DNA of 20,325 bases, from NCBI GenBank assembly GCA_036149055.1, contig JAYZQJ010000162.1, forward strand, positions 1 through 20,325, written 5' to 3'. Below the pieces are notes generated by a model, which was given only the letters and a program-made list of their open reading frames with translations, did not search any database and was not told where the DNA came from. Source of the stretch: Myxococcota bacterium (GTDB lineage: Bacteria; Myxococcota_A; Polyangia; Polyangiales; Sandaracinaceae). The first letter of the stretch is position 1, and each line of letters opens with the position of its first letter. Of the stretch, positions 15,837 through 20,325 are shown in pieces. Position numbers and translations under genes: made by a program.

Positions 15837-17660
15837 ATGGACGACGACGACGCCCCGGCGGTGCCGGTCCCCCGGAAAGCGGCGAGCGCCCTGCGCTACT
15901 CGCTGCGTGCCCTCCAGCTCGCCTGGTCGACCAGCCGTGGGCTGACGGTGCTGCTCGTGGTGAGCACGGTCGTGGCCGGCGTGGCGCCCGCGGTCGCCGC
16001 CTACGTCGCCCGGATCGTGGTCGATCAGGTCGTGGCGGCGATGGACGGCGTGGCCGGCGCCCGGAGCGTGGCGTTCTGGGCGATCGCGGCCGAGGCGGGC
16101 CTCGTGGGCGCGGTGGTCGCGGCCGGCCGGGGGCTCACCTTCTGCCAGCAGCTCCTCAAGGCGAAGCTGGCCCACACCGTCACCCACCTCATCCTCGACA
16201 AGGCGATCACCCTGCGGCTGAGCGACTTCGAGGACCCCTCGCTCCACGACCGCATGGAGGAGGCGCGCCGCGAGGCGACGGTGCGCCCGCTCAGCCTGAT
16301 CACGCGCGCCTTCACGCTCGCGCGCTACGCGATCAGCCTCGTCGGCTACTTCGCGCTCCTCGCGCAGCTCAGCTGGTGGGCGGTGCTCGTGCTCGTCGTC
16401 GCCGGCATCCCGTCCTTCCTCGCCGAGGCGCGCTTCAGCGAGCAGACCTTCCGCTTCTTCAAGCAGCACTCCCCCGAGAACCGCGAGCGCCACTACATCG
16501 AGACCGTGCTCACCCGCGAGGAGTTCGCCAAGGAGGTCGGCTTCTTCGGCCTCGGCGAGCTGCTGCTCGGCCGCTACGACGCGCTCTTCGAGCGGTACTA
16601 CGGCGAGGACCGGAAGATCGCGGTCAAGCGACACGCCTGGGGTCTCGTGCTCGGCCTCCTCGGCACGGCGGCGTTCTTCGGCGCCTACGTCTGGATCGTG
16701 TGGGACACGGTGGAGGGCATCCTGACGCTCGGTCAGATGACGATGTACCTCGTCGTGTTCCGCCAGGGGCAGACGGCGGTCACCAGCGCGCTGGCCGCGC
16801 TCGGCGGCATCTACGAGGACGCGCTCTACCTCGAGAACCTGGACGCGTATCTCGAGCACCGCGTGCCGGAGCTGTCGGGCACCGCGACCGAGGGCCCGCG
16901 CCCGGGCGACGGGCTCCGGGTCGAGCACCTCAGCTGGACCTACCCCGGCGCGCGCGGCCCTGCGCTCTCCGACGTCAGCTTCCACGTGAAGCCGGGCGAG
17001 ACGCTCGCGGTCGTCGGCGCCAACGGCAGCGGCAAGTCCACGCTCGTGAAGCTCCTCACCCGCCGCTACGTCGCGACCGAGGGGCGCATCCTGCTCGACG
17101 GGCTCGACCTGCGCGAGTGGAGCGTCGCCGGGCTGCGCGCGCGGGTCTCGGTGCTCTTCCAGGACTTCAACCGCTACAAGCTGAAGGCCGGGGAGAACGT
17201 GGGCGCGGGCGACCCGACGCGCTTCGAGGACGAGGACGGGTGGAAGCGCGCGGCCGAGCAAGGCCTCGCCGCCCGGCTCATCGAGCGCCTGCCCGAGGGC
17301 TATCACACCCGGCTCGGGAAGGCGTTCCGGGGCGCGACGGAGCTCAGCGGCGGCCAGTGGCAGCGCCTCGCGTTCGCCCGGGCGCTCATGCCGACCGGCA
17401 ACGACCTGCTCATCTTCGACGAGCCGACGTCGGCGGCGGATCCGAAGCGGCAGGCCGAGATCGACGAGCGGCTCGAGGACATCCTCGACGGGCGCATGGG
17501 GCTGATCGTGAGCCACCGGCTCGCGACGGCGCGCATCGCCGATCAGATCCTCGTGCTCGAGGAGGGGCGCGTGGCCGAGCGCGGCACGCACGACGCCCTG
17601 GTCAGCGAGGCCGGCATCTACGCCGGGCTCTTCGAGACGCAGGCGGAGGCGTATCGATGA
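15837..17660 (+). CDS. ABC exporter, fused permease and ATP-binding domains (MdlB/MsbA-like half transporter)
   Basis: N-terminal TM helices. Walker A GANGSGKS, Q-loop LFQDF, signature LSGGQWQR, Walker B LLIFDEPT, H-loop SHR. Confidence 0.95.
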   Translation: MDDDDAPAVPVPRKAASALRYSLRALQLAWSTSRGLTVLLVVSTVVAGVAPAVAAYVARIVVDQVVAAMDGVAGARSVAFWAIAAEAGLVGAVVAAGRGLTFCQQLLKAKLAHTVTHLILDKAITLRLSDFEDPSLHDRMEEARREATVRPLSLITRAFTLARYAISLVGYFALLAQLSWWAVLVLVVAGIPSFLAEARFSEQTFRFFKQHSPENRERHYIETVLTREEFAKEVGFFGLGELLLGRYDALFERYYGEDRKIAVKRHAWGLVLGLLGTAAFFGAYVWIVWDTVEGILTLGQMTMYLVVFRQGQTAVTSALAALGGIYEDALYLENLDAYLEHRVPELSGTATEGPRPGDGLRVEHLSWTYPGARGPALSDVSFHVKPGETLAVVGANGSGKSTLVKLLTRRYVATEGRILLDGLDLREWSVAGLRARVSVLFQDFNRYKLKAGENVGAGDPTRFEDEDGWKRAAEQGLAARLIERLPEGYHTRLGKAFRGATELSGGQWQRLAFARALMPTGNDLLIFDEPTSAADPKRQAEIDERLEDILDGRMGLIVSHRLATARIADQILVLEEGRVAERGTHDALVSEAGIYAGLFETQAEAYR

Positions 17661-18658
17661 TCGGAGTGGTGGGGGCGGGCTCGATCGGCTGCTTCGTCGG
17701 CGGGCGACTGATCGGCGCGGGGGCGGAGGTGTGCTTCCTCGGGCGCGAGCGGCTGCAGGCGGAGATCGCCGAGCACGGGCTGACGGTGAGCGACTTCGAG
17801 CGCCAGCAGCGCTTCGCGCCGGACGAGGTGCGCTACGAGACCGACGTGCGCGCGCTCGCCGACTGCGACGCCGCGCTGGTGTGCGTCAAGAGCGCCCAGA
17901 CCGAGGAGATCGCCGCGCAGCTGCACGAGGTGCTGCGCCCCGACGCCCGCGTCTTCAGCCTGCAGAACGGCGTGCGCAACGCGGAGCGGCTGCGGGCCGG
18001 GCTCGGCGAGCGCGTGGTGGTGCCGACCATCGTCGACTTCAACGTGGTGTCCCGCGGAGACGGCGTCTTCCACCGCGGCTTCAGCGGGCCGCTGACCGTC
18101 GAGCGCCACCCGGCCGCGGCGGCGGAGATCGCGCAGCTCGAGGGCGCGCTCGAGGTGAAGCTCGTGGACGCGATCGGCCCGCTGCAGTGGACCAAGCTGC
18201 TGGTGAACCTCAACAACGCGGTGAGCGCGCTGACCGACGCGCCGACCCAGCGCATGCTCGCCGAGCGCGCGCTCCGCCACTGCGTCGCCGCGATCATCGA
18301 GGAGGCGGTCCGGGTGCTCCGGGCGGACGGGATCCGTCCGGCGTCCCTGCGCGGCGTGCCGGTCTGGCTGATGCCCAAGGTGCTGCGCCTCCCCGACGCG
18401 GTCGCGCGCCTCGTCACCCGGGCGCAGGTGAAGGTCGACGCGGAGGCCCGCTCCTCGATGTGGGAGGATCTGCGCCGCGGCCGACCGACCGAGGTGGAGT
18501 GGCTCAACGGCGAGATCGTGCGGGTGGCCGCGCGCGCCGGCGTCGAGGCGCCGATCAACGCCCGGGTCGTGGCCCTGATCCACGACGCCGAGGCGGCGGG
18601 CGGCACGCCCGCCTACTCGGGCGAGCGGCTCGCGGCGGAGCTCGGCGTGCGTCTCTGA
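17657..18658 (+). CDS. panE: 2-dehydropantoate 2-reductase (ketopantoate reductase, PanE/ApbA family), ~333 aa
   Basis: IGVVGAGSIG Rossmann motif, VKS, SLQNG, WTKLLVN, RSSMWEDL, TEVEWLNG. ATGA overlap with the ABC gene stop. Family is confident; substrate is not proven. Confidence 0.9.
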   Translation: MIGVVGAGSIGCFVGGRLIGAGAEVCFLGRERLQAEIAEHGLTVSDFERQQRFAPDEVRYETDVRALADCDAALVCVKSAQTEEIAAQLHEVLRPDARVFSLQNGVRNAERLRAGLGERVVVPTIVDFNVVSRGDGVFHRGFSGPLTVERHPAAAAEIAQLEGALEVKLVDAIGPLQWTKLLVNLNNAVSALTDAPTQRMLAERALRHCVAAIIEEAVRVLRADGIRPASLRGVPVWLMPKVLRLPDAVARLVTRAQVKVDAEARSSMWEDLRRGRPTEVEWLNGEIVRVAARAGVEAPINARVVALIHDAEAAGGTPAYSGERLAAELGVRL

Positions 18659-18664
18659 CGCGCG

Positions 18665-19462
18665 TCACCGCGACAGCGCGGCCGCGAACGCCCTGAACGT
18701 GCCGCGGTCGTTGCGGTCGAGCACGCTGAAGCGGACGCGCGAGAACACGCCGCGGTGGGTCGTGCGGAGCGCGTCGGCGAAGAGCCCGGCGATCTGCGCC
18801 GGGTCGTTCCGGAACACCCCGCAGCCCCACGCGCCGAGCACCACCGCGTCCTCGCCGTGCGCGGCGAAGGCGTCGAGCACCTTGCGCAGCCGGGCGCGCA
18901 TGATCGAGGCGACGTCCACCCGCGCCTTCGACGCCCCCACGTTCACCGCCGGCGACGTGACGAACGTGCAGGCCCAGGGCGCGTCGAGCAGCGCGCCCTC
19001 GTCGTCCCGGAACACCGGCACCTCCGGCGACACGATCAGGTGATCGCTGTAGGTCGCGTCCCTCTGCGCGCGGTGGAAGTCGTAGTACGGCGAGCCCCGC
19101 AGGCAGGCGTACAGCCCCGACGCCCGAGCCAGGCTCTCCTCCTGCGCCTCCGAGCCGCCGAGGAAGCCCCCGCCCGGGTTCTTGGCCGACGCGAAGTTGA
19201 GCGCCGCCGGCGACAGCCCCGCGTCACGCAGCGCGCGCGCCCCGGCCAGCGTGGTCTCGTTCACCACCTCCACCTGCGTCGGACGCTCCAGAGGCGACGC
19301 GGGCGGCGGCGGCTCGTCGGGCGTGTAGAGCCGCGTTCGCTCCACCGCGCGCTCGAGCGCGTGACGGAGCTCGACGTGCCCGCCGCCCGGCGTCCGGTAG
19401 TGCCCGCGCCCGAGGATCGCCACCGTCTCCTCCGCGATCGTCTTTCTCGCCGCGCGGTTCAT
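18665..19462 (-). CDS. TIGR02452/DUF2263-family macrodomain protein (bacterial-type poly(ADP-ribose) glycohydrolase), ~265 aa
   Basis: LNFASAKNPGGGFLGGSEAQEESLAR (GGG-x-QEE PARG signature), SPEVPVFRDD, LGAWGCGVFRN. ATG 19462 overlaps the NADAR stop (ATGA) and has a GGAGG SD. Confidence 0.92.
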   Translation of the reverse strand: MNRAARKTIAEETVAILGRGHYRTPGGGHVELRHALERAVERTRLYTPDEPPPPASPLERPTQVEVVNETTLAGARALRDAGLSPAALNFASAKNPGGGFLGGSEAQEESLARASGLYACLRGSPYYDFHRAQRDATYSDHLIVSPEVPVFRDDEGALLDAPWACTFVTSPAVNVGASKARVDVASIMRARLRKVLDAFAAHGEDAVVLGAWGCGVFRNDPAQIAGLFADALRTTHRGVFSRVRFSVLDRNDRGTFRAFAAALSR

Positions 19463-19995
19463 CGCAACCTCCGCCTCGCCTCCATCAGCGCGAACCCCAG
19501 CAGGTTCTGCCCGCGCCAGGTCCTCGGATCCCGGTGGTCGGGGTTCTTCACCGACAGCCCGATCCCCCAGATCCGGTCCATCGGGCTCGCCTCGACCAGC
19601 ACCCGCTCGCCGGTGTCCTGCAGGAACCGCCCGAGCGCCTCGTTCTGTCCGAACTTGTGCACGTTTCCTTCCGTCACGAGCGCGCCGCGAGCCTCCCGCC
19701 AGCGCGCCTCGTCGAACCCGCGCACCTTCCGCCCGAGCTTCTTCGCCGCCCCCGGATCCGGCGCCTCGAGGATCTGCGCCAGGTGCGCCTCGTCCCCGAA
19801 GAGCCGAGCCTTGCCCGCCATCATCCAGTGCTCCGCGGTCGCGTACCGGACCCCGTCCACGACGAAGCCCGCCGGATACCACTGACTCAAGCACTTCGAG
19901 CTCACCCGCCCCTCGGAGCGATGCCCCCAGAAGAACAGATACTCGAACACCTCTCCCGCCTCGACCCGGCGGCGCAGCTCCTCGACGGTCAGCAT
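19459..19995 (-). CDS. NADAR/YbiA-family hydrolase (178 aa)
   Basis: LFFWGH, LSQWY, TAEHWMMAGKARLFGD, KKLGRKVRGFD, GNVHKFGQN, LVEASPMDRIWGIG, WRGQNLLG motifs. GGGAGGG SD upstream of the ATG. Confidence 0.94.
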   Translation of the reverse strand: MLTVEELRRRVEAGEVFEYLFFWGHRSEGRVSSKCLSQWYPAGFVVDGVRYATAEHWMMAGKARLFGDEAHLAQILEAPDPGAAKKLGRKVRGFDEARWREARGALVTEGNVHKFGQNEALGRFLQDTGERVLVEASPMDRIWGIGLSVKNPDHRDPRTWRGQNLLGFALMEARRRLR

Positions 19996-20010
19996 GACTC
20001 GCCCTCCCAG

Positions 20011-20054
20011 TTCGATGCATGCCGCATCTTAGCCTTCGATGCAACCCGTATCTA
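20011..20054 (-). promoter_or_regulatory. Putative sigma70-type promoter of the NADAR-PARG operon with a repeated 9-bp operator-like motif
   Basis: Minus strand: TAGATA (20054-20049), 17 bp, TAAGAT (20031-20026). TGCATCGAA occurs twice, at 20035-20043 and 20011-20019. Confidence 0.55.
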
Positions 20055-20198
20055 TCTTCTCGCTGGGTCTCGCTTTCGTCGTCGACGCGCCGCAGCTGGA
20101 AGGGAGAGGGGAGGAGGGAGGCGAGGAGGAAAAGGGAGGCGGTAGGTGGCCGGTCGGCTGAACCCGCTGGCGGCTCAGCTCGGCAACAGGCCCCTCGA

Positions 20199-20325
20199 GG
20201 CGACGAGCGCAGCGTCGTCGCCGAACGAACGCGGAAGCGACGAGCGCAGCGACGTCGCCAACGCGCACTCTCGAGGCGACGAGCGCAGCGACGTCGCCGG
20301 ACGAAACACGGAAGGCGACGAGCGA
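20199..20325. repeat. Array of 24-bp imperfect palindromes (GGCGACG-AGCGCAGCGA-CGTCGCC) with 13-15 bp linkers; REP/BIME-like; truncated by the window end
   Basis: Copies at 20199-20222, 20236-20259, 20275-20298 and partial 20314-20325, with periods of 37, 39 and 39 bp. Confidence 0.88.

Noticed and set aside
10953..20044. ORF-track N-terminal extensions (10953, 11339, 16376 on +; 14074, 20044 on -) suggesting fusions or overlapping genes
   Set aside because: The extensions are off-frame reads of neighbouring genes or of intergenic sequence. Real starts are marked by signal peptides, stop/start overlaps or an SD at 11289, 12308, 17657, 14038 and 19462.
20029..20268. 79-aa minus-strand ORF upstream of NADAR
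   Set aside because: It spans the repeat array, the purine tract and the promoter; low complexity and no recognisable domain.
20199..20325. CRISPR array
   Set aside because: Linkers are only 13-15 bp and recur in alternation rather than being unique ~30-40 bp spacers; no cas genes in the window.

Overview
Very GC-rich, densely coding bacterial window. The gene content (two Hanks-type Ser/Thr kinases, several lipoproteins, a VIT-vWA-TPR protein) looks myxobacterial, possibly Polyangia/Sandaracinaceae-like; this is inference only. There are 13 supported CDSs, in order: a large VIT-vWA-TPR lipoprotein, a Cys-rich lipoprotein, a 1089-aa Gly-rich protein of unknown function, a kinase, a membrane-anchored protein, a duplicated-domain lipoprotein, a trypsin-like protease, a His-rich lipoprotein, a second (membrane) kinase, an ABC exporter, a ketopantoate reductase-family enzyme, a TIGR02452 (bacterial PARG) protein and a NADAR protein. 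The last two form a coupled ADP-ribose-removal pair. Non-coding repeat arrays lie at both ends: a ~100-bp triple repeat at 164-414 and a 24-bp hairpin array from 20199 that runs off the window. The most notable leads are the polyglycine-type giant protein, a second internal lipobox in the VIT protein, the orphan ADP-ribose eraser operon with a candidate operator, the hairpin array, a possibly split receptor kinase, and recurrent leaderless-type promoters. I saw no rRNA, tRNA, transposase or cas genes. All family calls come from motif recognition, not database searches.
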